From Candidatus Multivoradales bacterium (GTDB lineage Bacteria; Acidobacteriota; Thermoanaerobaculia; Multivoradales; J023), in contig CBDFLE010000005.1 of assembly GCA_965248925.1 (NCBI GenBank), positions 1,728,001-1,792,000 on the forward strand: a stretch of DNA of 64,000 bases, written 5' to 3'. The translations under genes were made by a program, and so were the position numbers. Under the pieces are notes generated by a model. It worked only from the letters and a program-made list of their open reading frames with translations, was not told the DNA's origin and did no database searches. Positions 20,550 through 30,693 of this stretch are shown here, piece after piece. Numbering within the stretch: the first letter of the stretch is position 1; each line of letters starts with the position of its first letter.

Positions 20550-21207
20550 ATGAACGCCGCAACAGAATCCCGCAATATCCGCATCTGGCCCGGTATTGTC
20601 ATCGTCGCCTTGCGGTCGACACCGGCGCCAAGCTGCCCGACTGGGGCTTTGCCAGCTGGCCGTGGGTCACCGACGGCCTAGTGGTGGTCTACAGCGGTGC
20701 TGAGGGCCGCAAGGCGGCGGTGGCCTACGACGTCGAGGACGGCGAGCCGAGCTGGTTTGCGCCGGGCCGGGGCGCTGACCGCCGATGGCGGCGTGCTGGT
20801 GGGCACCGGCTTCGGCCAAGGGCTGCGGCTGGTCGCGGTCGAGGGCGGCCCGGCGGGATGGCAGACCGAGGAGGTCTGGACCTCGAAGGGCTTGAAGCCC
20901 TATTACAACGATCTCGTCGTCCACCAAGACCACAGCTACGGCTTCGACGGTCGAATCCTGGTCAGTCTCGAGGTGGCTACCGGCGAGCGGACCTGGAAGG
21001 GCGGCCGCTACGGCAACGGTCAGCTGCTGCTGTTGCCCGATCAGAATCTACTGCTGGTGCTGTCCGATCGCGGCAAGGTGGCGCTGGTCGAGGCGCTGCC
21101 GGGGCCTTCTCCGAGGTCGCCGAGATCGAGGCGATCGAGGGCAAGACCTGGAATCACCCGGTGATCGTCGAGGGCGTGCTCTACGTGCGCAACGGCGAGG
21201 AGATGGC
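20550..21207 (+). pseudogene. PQQ-like beta-propeller protein, internally deleted and frameshifted
   Basis: RIWPGIVI; PDWGFAS; LKPYYND..YGFDG..WKGGRYGNGQ; GKTWNHPVIV..LYVRNGEEM in three frames. Confidence 0.75.
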
Positions 21208-21460
21208 CTTTGATCGCCTGCTGCCGCTGGTCTATGACGAGCTGCGCCGGGCAGCCCGGCAGCAGCTGCGTCGCTGGCGGCCGAGCCAGACCCTCGACAC
21301 CACCGCCTTGGCTCACGAGGCCTATCTGCGCCTGTCTGACCGGCCGGGGTCGGACTGGCGCGACCGCCAGCACTTCTTGGCCGTTTCGGCGGTCGCCATG
21401 CGTCACATCTTGGTCGACTATGCCCGCCGCCAGACCGCCAAGAAGCGCGGCGGCGACGAG
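21204..21460 (+). pseudogene. Fragment of a TIGR02999-type ECF sigma factor (region 2 only)
   Basis: AFDRLLPLVYDELRR...TLDTTALAHEAYLRL...AMRHILVDYARRQTAKKRGG; no start and no region 4. Confidence 0.8.
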
Positions 21461-22065
21461 TGTAGGGTCCCACGCGGTTTCGTGACCGCCATGGCTTCAG
21501 GTTCCAGATAGGGCCGAGTTCAGCTAGATTCGGGTTTGGCGCATCGCGGATGATCGGGGTGTGCAAAAGGGGAGGCCACCGCGGCTTCGATGGTTGGCGC
21601 CAGACGTGTCCCACGGCGACCTCCCAGAGGAGTCGTGATGCTATGTCTGGTCGGCGTCGGTAGCAAGGCGTACATCGCTGGGTGGTCTCGCGTCCTTCAG
21701 TGTCGGACGCAGCTATCGTGCCCGGACCCAGGTTGTGGGGGCTCTGGGTTGGTTTGAGATACGACCAGGATGATCGACATGGCGACAACTCTCAAATCCC
21801 GCGCGCCCTCCTGCTCACAGAATTGCTCAATCCGGTGCCTGTGCCCAGCCCTGCTTGGCGGCCTCCAGATCGTCTTGACCCCGTCGCCCACAGGTCTAGG
21901 GGCGACAGCGGCTGACCCCGGGTCAAGGGCGGCGGAGCCGGCGAAACGTACCCTTGAGGCGGTCAGACGATGGCGCCACACTGGGCCAGCGACGGGGCTT
22001 GCATGGACTGGTCTGACGAGTCCGACCAGACCATGACCTCCTCATTTCCCGGATGAACCACCTTT

Positions 22066-22440
22066 TGACTCTCCCAGTCCGACACCGACAGGAAGTGATG
22101 CAAAGCTTGGGAATCGGAATCGGGGACAACTTCAGCCATTTGCAGCATGGTAGCGCGTCGCGCCTGCATCAGGCCGCAAAGATACTGCCCCGCCTGCGGC
22201 AGCACACTCCGTGTAAAGCGAGAGAAACAAAGGGCAAAGCCCTAGGCAAAATCCCAGAATTCGCGCCCCAGATTTTGGTAGGAAACTGGGGCATCGCTGA
22301 TCTCCGAACGACTAGGGAACTGGGGGCTCAAGCTGAGCCATGAGTTCCTCCACGGGTTTAGTGACGGCCTTCATTGGGGTCGACAATACAGGTTAAAGCC
22401 TTTGTTGTCAACAATTTAAGTAATCTGACAAAGTAGAATT
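22066..22440 (-). mobile_element. IS701-family remnant (left end and 5' part of transposase)
   Basis: YLCGL..RRATMLQMAEVVPDSDSQALHHFLSVSDW; terminal sequence TTCTACTTTGTCAG at 22426-22439. Confidence 0.7.
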
Positions 22441-22452
22441 AAAAGCCATCGT

Positions 22453-23832
22453 TCAACTTGAGAAGGGCATCCCGAGCTGGCCGAGAATGCGCCCCCCAAA
22501 GCTAAAATATGGATGCATATGGCTTGGCGTCAACACTCGGGTACTGGAGAACTGAGTCCGCCAACTGTTTTGCGGCACTAAGACCGCCGCAACCTCCCCC
22601 TTCGACGAAGACCGCCAAACTTTCGTCCCTTCGACAAAAACCACATCCCTGAGTTCGAGCTGGTCGATGACCTTCGGGGAATGGGTGTTGATCACCACTT
22701 GCCGCAGTGGATTGCTGTCTTCGACAGCGAATTCCGGATCACATGCCATATCTCGTAGCAGCTCAACCATCGCCGCCACACGCTGCGGATGGATTCCGTT
22801 CTCGGGCTCTTCGAGACAAACGACTCCGCGCCCCTCCGGGTCGATCGCCAGAGTGGTCAGTACCAAGAATCTCAAGGTGCCATCAGACAGCGAACGCGCA
22901 GGATGGAACACATCGTCAGCACCCTTGACTTCTAGAGTCAACGTCTCGGATGGGTCGTCCAGCAAGACCCGCACCTCCTGAACGTCGTCGATCAACTCGC
23001 TCAGCCGATTCTCGATTCTGGAGTAGGTTTGACCGACCTTCGATTCTCGCTTTCGCAACCGTTCGATCGCAGCTGGCATATTGGCACCACGCGAATCGAC
23101 CTGGCGAGGATCTGAGAAGAACGACGGAGAACGCATGGCCGAGGGCTCGAGCAACAAAGTTTGCCACGACTCCATCTCCCGTTGCACCGCGAGCAGGGTC
23201 GGAAAGTCGCTAGAAGCGACCCCATTGAGGACCGTTCGAGACGATTTGGGAGCCGGCAGCAAACGCCCACCATGACCTTCCTGATGCACCCTGATCTGAT
23301 GGCTGCCAGCTTCTCTCAGGGTCGAGATCAGCGGCTTGGTGCGACGCCCGGTAACCGTTGAGTTCAAGAATTGCTTGCTCGCCTCAAAGCCGATCTTCTT
23401 TCGCGCCTCCTTCAGCGAGATCGGGGCGAGTTCCTCTGCCACCAACTCCAACCTCTCACGACGGCTGCTCTCATCGAGTCGAAAGGCCACCGAGTAGCGC
23501 AAGGTGGAGATCGAGGCCTCGACTTCGACTCCGAAATCGTCAACGGCTTTCCGATCGACGATCAGATCGGCGGTTAGGCGTATTAGCGGTGCCCTGAAAT
23601 CACCGAAGGCGGTAAACAACGAGCGGGGCTCTAGCGACCGGCCCCGCGATTCACGCAGCATTTGCACCGCTTCCATGATCGGAAATCGGGCCAGCAGGTG
23701 AAGCAGGCGGATGGCATCGAAGATATTCGACTTCCCCGCCCCATTCAACCCGGCGATACAAGTGAAGGGGCCGAGCCGGAGATCGACATCCAAGAGGTTC
23801 TTGAAGCCCTCTACTTGCAGCCGGGTCAGCAT
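22453..23832 (-). CDS. AAA_21/ABC-type ATPase (RecF/SMC-like, defence-associated type)
   Basis: LQVEGFKNL, Walker A GLNGAGKS, LSDGTLRFL, Walker B CLEEPENGIHP, INTHSP. Confidence 0.85.
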   Translation of the reverse strand: MLTRLQVEGFKNLLDVDLRLGPFTCIAGLNGAGKSNIFDAIRLLHLLARFPIMEAVQMLRESRGRSLEPRSLFTAFGDFRAPLIRLTADLIVDRKAVDDFGVEVEASISTLRYSVAFRLDESSRRERLELVAEELAPISLKEARKKIGFEASKQFLNSTVTGRRTKPLISTLREAGSHQIRVHQEGHGGRLLPAPKSSRTVLNGVASSDFPTLLAVQREMESWQTLLLEPSAMRSPSFFSDPRQVDSRGANMPAAIERLRKRESKVGQTYSRIENRLSELIDDVQEVRVLLDDPSETLTLEVKGADDVFHPARSLSDGTLRFLVLTTLAIDPEGRGVVCLEEPENGIHPQRVAAMVELLRDMACDPEFAVEDSNPLRQVVINTHSPKVIDQLELRDVVFVEGTKVWRSSSKGEVAAVLVPQNSWRTQFSSTRVLTPSHMHPYFSFGGRILGQLGMPFSS

Positions 23833-23898
23833 TCGAGATCCTCGAATCGGTTGCGCCCGGCCAATGGACTTTCACCTGAAGTGGCGGCCATGGCCCCT

Positions 23899-24417
23899 CT
23901 ACTCGCCGTTGGCCGCGCCGGCGGCGCTTTCAACGCCATGCCTGACGACGTACTCCTCGACATAGAGCAAGTTTCCCTCGCCGGCACGCTTGACCACGCT
24001 GAGCAAGGTGGTCATGGTGCTGACCTCTTCGAGCTGCTCGTCGACGAACCAATCAAGGAAGCGCAAGGCGATGTGGTTGCGCTCCTGCTGGCATTTGTCC
24101 ACCAAATCGTAGATCTGCTGGGTGACTTCACGCTCCCAGGCCAGAGCAGCCTCCACGGCTTCGACGGCGGAGGAGAACTCACTCCGCGGCGCGGCGATCG
24201 CCGGCATCTGCGGGACGCCGCCAACCTCGAGGATGAAGTGGACGAACTTCATCGCATGCTGACGCTCTTCCTCGGACTGGCGAAAGAAAAACTGAGCGAG
24301 TTGATCGAGATCCTCGTCGGCGAAGTAGGAAGCGATCGAGATGTATTGGTTGGAAGCGCCCAACTCATTGCCTACCTGGGCGCTGAAGGCATCGATGATG
24401 GCTTGGCTGGCTAGCAC
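23899..24417 (-). CDS. ftnA: Ferritin (non-heme)
   Basis: QVGNELGASNQY, QSEEERQHAMKF, WFVDEQLEE ferroxidase residues. Confidence 0.9.
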   Translation of the reverse strand: MLASQAIIDAFSAQVGNELGASNQYISIASYFADEDLDQLAQFFFRQSEEERQHAMKFVHFILEVGGVPQMPAIAAPRSEFSSAVEAVEAALAWEREVTQQIYDLVDKCQQERNHIALRFLDWFVDEQLEEVSTMTTLLSVVKRAGEGNLLYVEEYVVRHGVESAAGAANGE

Positions 24418-24481
24418 AGAAGGATCTCCGTCGATTGTGGGTTCGCTGCGCCGCGTAGTCTAGCCTACACTGGAGGTCTTC

Positions 24482-24508
24482 GTAGGGGCGCACGCCGTGC
24501 GCCCCTAC
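24482..24508. repeat. GTAG-type REP palindrome
   Basis: GTAGGGGCGCAC-GCC-GTGCGCCCCTAC in an intergenic region. Confidence 0.75.
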
Positions 24509-24534
24509 AAGCCGGCTACCACCGTTCGCAGTTT

Positions 24535-26667
24535 TCACTTCTCTGCCGTCCAGCGTGCCAGCCAGGCGAGCACGGTTTGGTGCCATTGGATGCTGTTGTT
24601 GGGCCTCAGCACCCAATGATTCTCGTCCGGATAGTACAGCAGCTGGCTGGGCACACCTCGGCGCTGCAAGGCGGTGAACGCCGCCAGGCCCTGGGTGTCG
24701 ACCACCCGGTAGTCCGCGCCGCCATGCACCACCAGCATGGGGGTCTGCCAGTTGCCGACATGGTTGGCCGGATTGTGGCGCTGGAAGGCCGCTGGCTGCT
24801 GCCACGGGGTGCCGCCGAATTCCCACTCGGGGAACCACAGCTCCTCGGTGCTGTAGTACATCGAGGGCAGGTCAAACAGGCCGTCGTGGTTGACCAGACA
24901 GCGAAAACGCTCGGGCCAATTGCCGGCGATCCAGTTGATCATGTAACCGCCGTAGGAAGCTCCCAGGGCGCAGACCCGCTCACCGTCGAGGAAGGGGTAG
25001 CGGGCGAGGGCCGCCGCCAGCCCTTTCTGCAAATCTTCGAAAGGCTTGCCTCCCCAATCACCGGCGATGGAGTCGGTGAACGCCTGGCCGTAACCCGTGG
25101 AACCGTGGAAATCGACCATCACCGAGGCAAAGCCGGCGCCGGCATATATTTGGGGGTTCCAGCGATAGTGAAAATCGTCGCCGAAGGAGCCTTGAGGACC
25201 GCCGTGGATCAGAAACGCCACCGGATATCGCTTCTTTGGGTCGAAGTTGGCTGGACGCACCACATAGGCATGCACTGTCTCATCGTTCCAGCCGGCGAAG
25301 GTAAACTGCTCGGGCTCCCCCATTGCTACCTGACCAAGACGTTGCCGATTGAAATCAGTCAAACGCTGGAGATCTCCGCCCGCGGCATCGGTGGTGAAAA
25401 GTTCCACCGGCGAACGCAGATGGTCGCGACCGAACACCAACCTCTCGCCGACCGCCGCTGGCGAACGCACCCGGCCACCGCCGATCAGCTTATTGACTTC
25501 GCCACTCTCCACATCGACTTCGTAAAGCGGCCGGCTGCCGAGGTCGACTACCACGGTGTAGATCTTGCGGCCATCGGCGGAGAAGGTGATTCCGCTGGGC
25601 GAACGGTCCCACTCTTCGGTCAGCACCCGCTCGTCACCACTGGCCCAATCGCGCAAGACAATGCGGAAGCGATCGGACTCATAACCCGGCCGGCGCATCG
25701 CTAGATAGGCCAAGGTGCGGCCATCGGGAGAAAACACCGGCCCCGTATCCCAGGCGGCATTGTCGCTCAAACGGCGCGGCGCGGCGGAACCATCGACCGG
25801 AGCGACGAAAAGGTCAAAATCAGTCGACCAGGGCTCACTAGCACCCGCCGTGCGGGCGGTGAAGACAATCTGCTGACCGTCCGGGGTGAAGGTGATCTCC
25901 TCTGCGCCACCGAAAGGCTGCGAAGGTACATCGGCGTCAAGAGCCGCACTGATATCGACCGGTTCCTCCACCCCCAGCCGCCAGGCGAAGAGGTGCGACC
26001 GGCTGCCGTCTTTCCAGGTATCCCAGTGGCGGACAAAGAGCCGTTCGTAGAGCTGGCCGCTGACCTTGCTTGCCTGGCGTGCCTCTGCTCGTCGCGCCAT
26101 GCAAGCCAGATCTGCGCACTCGGCCGCCATCGCCGCGGTGAAGGCCAGCTGCCCAGCCACTTCTGACACCACTAGATTTCCGATGTCGACCGGCAGATCA
26201 GTAACTTGCCGCGGCTTGCCACCGGCGATCTTCAAACTCCAGATCTGCGACGACTCTGAACGGGTCGACAAGAAATAGAGGCTCTGCCCGTCCGCCGCCC
26301 AGCGCGGGCTGTGGTCGTCTGCCGGATCTTCGGTCAGCCGCCGCGCAAGCGCCGAGCCATCACTGGCCACCAACCACAGATCGGTGCGTCCCTTGTCGGC
26401 CGCCAAGTCGGTCGCGCGTACGGTGAAGGCCACCCAGCGTCCATCCGGCGACGGCTGGGGATCGGATAGGCGATCAAACAGCACCAGATCGTCCACCGCG
26501 AAGGGGCGAGTCTCGGCCTGAGCGCCGCCACTCAACAGCAGCAACAGCAGAAGTTGAAGGGTGGCGGAAACCACCTTGGAGAAGTACACGGAAGCAGGGC
26601 GACAACTGATCAAAGCGAATCTCCTATGGCGGTTCAAGGCGCTCAAAGCCGGCTCAACCCAGCTCAA
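24535..26667 (-). CDS. S9 family peptidase (DPP5/acylaminoacyl peptidase-like)
   Basis: PD40 propeller repeats; IHGGPQ, GASYGG, DYRV, ENHW triad; start probably further downstream. Confidence 0.92.
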   Translation of the reverse strand: MSWVEPALSALNRHRRFALISCRPASVYFSKVVSATLQLLLLLLLSGGAQAETRPFAVDDLVLFDRLSDPQPSPDGRWVAFTVRATDLAADKGRTDLWLVASDGSALARRLTEDPADDHSPRWAADGQSLYFLSTRSESSQIWSLKIAGGKPRQVTDLPVDIGNLVVSEVAGQLAFTAAMAAECADLACMARRAEARQASKVSGQLYERLFVRHWDTWKDGSRSHLFAWRLGVEEPVDISAALDADVPSQPFGGAEEITFTPDGQQIVFTARTAGASEPWSTDFDLFVAPVDGSAAPRRLSDNAAWDTGPVFSPDGRTLAYLAMRRPGYESDRFRIVLRDWASGDERVLTEEWDRSPSGITFSADGRKIYTVVVDLGSRPLYEVDVESGEVNKLIGGGRVRSPAAVGERLVFGRDHLRSPVELFTTDAAGGDLQRLTDFNRQRLGQVAMGEPEQFTFAGWNDETVHAYVVRPANFDPKKRYPVAFLIHGGPQGSFGDDFHYRWNPQIYAGAGFASVMVDFHGSTGYGQAFTDSIAGDWGGKPFEDLQKGLAAALARYPFLDGERVCALGASYGGYMINWIAGNWPERFRCLVNHDGLFDLPSMYYSTEELWFPEWEFGGTPWQQPAAFQRHNPANHVGNWQTPMLVVHGGADYRVVDTQGLAAFTALQRRGVPSQLLYYPDENHWVLRPNNSIQWHQTVLAWLARWTAEK

Positions 26668-27716
26668 CCTGGCATCAGTTCGGCGGCACGGTAACCCTGA
26701 AAATACAACAGCCCGGTCAAGTCGGCATGGTCGATGCGAAAGCGGGCGGCCGCGGCCACCGCCGGTTTGGCGCGGTAGGCGACCCCGAGTCCGGCAAGAC
26801 CGATCAGTTCGAGATCGTTGGCGCCGTCACCCACCGCGGCGGTCTCGGCCGGGCTGATGCCGAGCTCGCGGATCTGGGCTTCGAGGGCCCGTCGCTTGGC
26901 GTCGCGGTCAAGAATCGGCTCACTCACCCGACCGGTCAAACGCCCGTTCTCGATCTCGAGTTTATTGGCCCGCCAATGGGCCACCTTGAGCCGCGCCGCC
27001 ACCCGCTCTACGAACCAGTCGAAGCCACCGCTGACGATCACCACCCGCACCCCGTGGCCGCGTAAGGTAGCCACCAGCAACTCGGCACCAGGGTTGATTA
27101 CCAGCGTTTTCCAAGCCTGCTCGAGCAACGCTTCGGGCTGGCCCGCCAGCAGGGCAGTCCGCTGACGCAGGGCGGCGGCGAAATCGAGTTCGCCGTGCAT
27201 TGCCCGCGAAGTGATCTCTGCCACCTGCTGGCCAACCCCAACCAACTCACCGATTTCGTCCAACATCTCGTTGCCAATCAAGGTGGACTCCATGTCGGCC
27301 ACCAGCAGGCGCTTGCTGCGACCTTCGCTGCTCTGCACGGCGCAATCGACCGCTGCTCCGGCGAGCTGATCTTCGAGCAACTGCGCGGCCCGTACCGGCC
27401 GAAGACCCCGGAAGTACAGATCGCAAGCCACCCCTAGCGCCAACCAATCAACATGCTCCAGCGTGGCACCAGCTCCGCGCAGGGTTTCACTCACCTGGCG
27501 CACCAGCTCCCGGGGCAACTCACCGTCGGCGGCGGCCACCAGAGTCGCCACCCAACGATGCTCCAGCTTGGCCAGCCGATTCCAATCGATCGGCGGGGCC
27601 TCAGAAGCCGAAGGATGCGATACGCTTACCGACTCGGATGAGGCTCTCACCCCAGTGCTCTTGCGGGCTGTGTCCTTGGTTTTCATAAATCCTGTCTGGT
27701 TAGCACTCCTTGCCAT
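26664..27716 (-). CDS. serB: Phosphoserine phosphatase
   Basis: LLVADMESTLI, ITSRAMHGELDF, VSGGF, GDGANDL. Confidence 0.9.
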   Translation of the reverse strand: MARSANQTGFMKTKDTARKSTGVRASSESVSVSHPSASEAPPIDWNRLAKLEHRWVATLVAAADGELPRELVRQVSETLRGAGATLEHVDWLALGVACDLYFRGLRPVRAAQLLEDQLAGAAVDCAVQSSEGRSKRLLVADMESTLIGNEMLDEIGELVGVGQQVAEITSRAMHGELDFAAALRQRTALLAGQPEALLEQAWKTLVINPGAELLVATLRGHGVRVVIVSGGFDWFVERVAARLKVAHWRANKLEIENGRLTGRVSEPILDRDAKRRALEAQIRELGISPAETAAVGDGANDLELIGLAGLGVAYRAKPAVAAAARFRIDHADLTGLLYFQGYRAAELMPG

Positions 27717-27736
27717 GACCGACCCTGAAGCTTAAT

Positions 27737-29644
27737 TTGACCGACACAAAGAAAAAATCTCTCTTCCGCCTGTCAAGCGTCGCCCGCGAAGCTCGCGATC
27801 TAATTTGGGCGCGGCGCTGGCGGGTTCTCAGCGGTCTCGGTCTGATCCTGGTCAGCCGGGCTGCCGGTCTGATGCTGCCGGGCAGCACCAAGATTCTGGT
27901 CGACGACATCATCTTGCCAGCCGCCGGTGGCGCGACTTCGACCGGGCCGGTCACCCTCGCCGGGGGCCTGGTGAGCATCGAACGGGCCAATCTGCTGGCG
28001 GTGTTGTTGCTGGTGGTAGGTTGCGCGGTAGTGGTCCAGGCGATCACTTCGTTTGCCCTGACCCAGCTGCTCAGTATTGCCGCGCAACGGGCCATCACCG
28101 AGATGCGCAAATCCGTCCAACAGCACGTCATCCGTCTGCCGGTGGCGTTCTTCGACAGCGCCAAGTCCGGCGCGCTGATCTCGCGCATCATGACCGATCC
28201 CGAGGGCATCCGCAATCTGGTTGGCACCGGCCTGGTGCAGCTGGTCGGTGGGCTGATAACCGCCAGCGTGTCGATGACGGTGCTGTTTTATCTCAACGCA
28301 CAGATGACCTTCTTTATCCTCGGCATCTTGCTGGTGTTCGCGCTGGTCACCGGCTACGCCTTCAAGATGCTGCGCCCCATCTTCCGCCAGCGGGGCGCCT
28401 TGAACGCAGAAGTCAGCGGCCGCTTGGCGGAGACCCTGGGAGGGGTACGGATCGTCAAGTCTTACACCGCCGAAAAGCGAGAGGATCTGGTCTTTGCCCG
28501 CGGTGTACACAACCTCTACCGGAAAGTGGCCAAGACCCTCAGTGGTTTCGCCTTGGTCGGCAGCCTGGCGCAGATCCTGCTCGGCGCGATCAGCTTGATG
28601 ATGATGTACGGCGGCACCCGAGCTATCCAGCGCGGTGAGATGAGCTTCGGCGATCTGCTGATGTACATGGCCTTCACCGCCATGGTGGTGGCGCCGATGG
28701 TGCAAATTTCGTCGATCATCACGCAGCTAAGTGAAGCATTCGCCGGCCTCGATCGTATTCGCGAACTGCGCCAGAACTCCACCGAGGCCGACGACGATAG
28801 CGACAAAGTCAGGCTACAGTCGGTCCGCGGCGATATCGAGATGGACGATGTCACCTTCGAGTACAAACCCGATCTGCCGGTACTGAAACACATCTCGTTC
28901 AGCGCCTCAGCCGGCACCACCACCGCCCTGGTGGGTTCGAGCGGCTCGGGCAAGAGCACTTTGATCAGCCTGGTCATGGCCTTCAATCGGCCCAAATCGG
29001 GCCGCGTGCTGGTCGACAGCAAGGATCTGCGAGAGGTTCGCCTGGCGGACTACCGGTCGCATTTCGGCATCGTCATGCAGGACAACTTCTTGTTCGACGG
29101 CACGGTGGCCGACAACATCCGCTATGGCAACCCCAGCGCCAGCCGCGAGGAGATCGAAGACGCCGGAAGAGTCGCTCACTGTGGCGTCTTCGTAGCTGAT
29201 TTCCCGGAGGGCTACGACACCGTGGTCGGTGAGCGCGGGGTCAAGGTTTCCGGCGGTCAGCGGCAGCGAATCGCCATCGCACGGGCAATTCTGGCCAATC
29301 CGACGCTACTGATTCTCGACGAAGCCACCTCCAGCCTAGATAGTGAGTCCGAAGCACAGATCCAGGACGGCCTGGCCTCGCTGCGCCAAGGGCGTACCGC
29401 CTTCGTCATCGCCCACCGGCTGTCGACCATCCGCTCGGCCGATCAGATCCTGGTGCTGGAACATGGAGAGATCGTCGAACGCGGCACCCACGACGCGCTG
29501 CTCGCCCTCGGCGGCCGCTATCGCGAGTTGCATGACAAGCAGTATCGTCTAGAACAGAATCGCTTTATCAATCCGGGTGAGGACTTCTCTCCCGAGACCC
29601 AAGGCCCACGCTCCGACTTGCCCAAATCGAGCACCAAGTTCTAG
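27737..29644 (+). CDS. ABC exporter, fused permease/ATPase (MsbA-like)
   Basis: TM domain; GSSGSGKST, SGGQRQR, ILDEATSSLD, IAHRLST. Confidence 0.93.
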   Translation: MTDTKKKSLFRLSSVAREARDLIWARRWRVLSGLGLILVSRAAGLMLPGSTKILVDDIILPAAGGATSTGPVTLAGGLVSIERANLLAVLLLVVGCAVVVQAITSFALTQLLSIAAQRAITEMRKSVQQHVIRLPVAFFDSAKSGALISRIMTDPEGIRNLVGTGLVQLVGGLITASVSMTVLFYLNAQMTFFILGILLVFALVTGYAFKMLRPIFRQRGALNAEVSGRLAETLGGVRIVKSYTAEKREDLVFARGVHNLYRKVAKTLSGFALVGSLAQILLGAISLMMMYGGTRAIQRGEMSFGDLLMYMAFTAMVVAPMVQISSIITQLSEAFAGLDRIRELRQNSTEADDDSDKVRLQSVRGDIEMDDVTFEYKPDLPVLKHISFSASAGTTTALVGSSGSGKSTLISLVMAFNRPKSGRVLVDSKDLREVRLADYRSHFGIVMQDNFLFDGTVADNIRYGNPSASREEIEDAGRVAHCGVFVADFPEGYDTVVGERGVKVSGGQRQRIAIARAILANPTLLILDEATSSLDSESEAQIQDGLASLRQGRTAFVIAHRLSTIRSADQILVLEHGEIVERGTHDALLALGGRYRELHDKQYRLEQNRFINPGEDFSPETQGPRSDLPKSSTKF

Positions 29645-29663
29645 GCTCTGACTGCTGAATTCC

Positions 29664-30614
29664 ATGGACGTTCCCAGCTCCCCCCGCCTACCGTCTTGGC
29701 CTCCGGACGGCTCGCGGCCTTTGCCAGCCGCCGTGCCGACACTGCGCCACGACGATGGTAGCCTGCGCGGCCGCTGGCGTCGCCGGCCCCCCTGGCTGGT
29801 GCCGACAGTACTCTTTCTCGGCACTTGCTTCAGCACGATCTACGCCGGCCGGCTGCGCTACGGCTTAGCTGGAGCGCTGACCTACGCCATCTCTGTGATG
29901 GTGATCCTGACTTGCCACGAGATGGGCCACTGGCTACAAGCGCGGCGCTACCGGGTGCCGGCCAGCTTGCCCTATTTCATCCCCATGCCCTTCTCGCCCT
30001 TGGGCACCATGGGCGCGATCATCGCCATGCGGTCGCGCATCTCCAGCTCCAAGGCCCTGTTTGATATCGGTATCAGCGGCCCGCTAGCCGGGCTGGTGCC
30101 GACCTTGCTAATGACGGTGATTGGCTTACGCCTGTCGACGGTGGTCGATACGCCGCCTCAGGATCTGCAATTCTTCTTCGGCACGCCGCTGCTCTTCCGG
30201 CTGCTGATCGAGCATATGTTCGGCGCTCTCGAACCCGGCCAAGTGCTGCTTTTTCATCCCTTGGTGCGCGCCGGCTGGGTGGGCATGTTGATTACCGCCC
30301 TCAACTTGCTACCGATCGGCCAACTCGATGGTGGCCACATACTCTATGCGCTGCTGCGCGAGCGGGCGCAGAAGGTCAGCTTGGCCTTGTTGATCGCCGC
30401 CGTCCTGGCGGTGGTGGTGGGCGGTTACTACATGTGGTTGCTGATGCTGATCATCCTGATCATGATGGGCTACCGCCATCCGCCGACCAACGATCCCGAA
30501 GTGCCCCTGGGCTGGGGCCGGGTGGTCCTGGGCTGGCTGACCTTGGCCTTCTTGGTGCTCGGCTTCACCCCGCAACCCATCGTCTTCGCGCCCCCTGGCA
30601 CTTTCAGTCCCTGA
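29664..30614 (+). CDS. Site-2 protease (M50)
   Basis: HEMGH and NLLPIGQLDGGH. Confidence 0.92.
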   Translation: MDVPSSPRLPSWPPDGSRPLPAAVPTLRHDDGSLRGRWRRRPPWLVPTVLFLGTCFSTIYAGRLRYGLAGALTYAISVMVILTCHEMGHWLQARRYRVPASLPYFIPMPFSPLGTMGAIIAMRSRISSSKALFDIGISGPLAGLVPTLLMTVIGLRLSTVVDTPPQDLQFFFGTPLLFRLLIEHMFGALEPGQVLLFHPLVRAGWVGMLITALNLLPIGQLDGGHILYALLRERAQKVSLALLIAAVLAVVVGGYYMWLLMLIILIMMGYRHPPTNDPEVPLGWGRVVLGWLTLAFLVLGFTPQPIVFAPPGTFSP

Positions 30615-30693
30615 TTCACTGCCCTCGACCAGCTAACGCAGCCACTCGCAAGATCACCTCGACCAGCCTCCGCAATCGGCCCCAGGAGCCAGG

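Noticed and set aside
21461-22390. IS21-like element bounded by TGTA...TACA
   Set aside because: The right boundary lies inside the IS701 left-end region and there is no istA/istB coding remnant.
24577-25704. Long antisense ORFs (also 34435-35589, 41693-42796, 52559-53587, 61011-62198)
   Set aside because: Shadow ORFs opposite well-supported genes in high-GC DNA, with no recognisable motifs.
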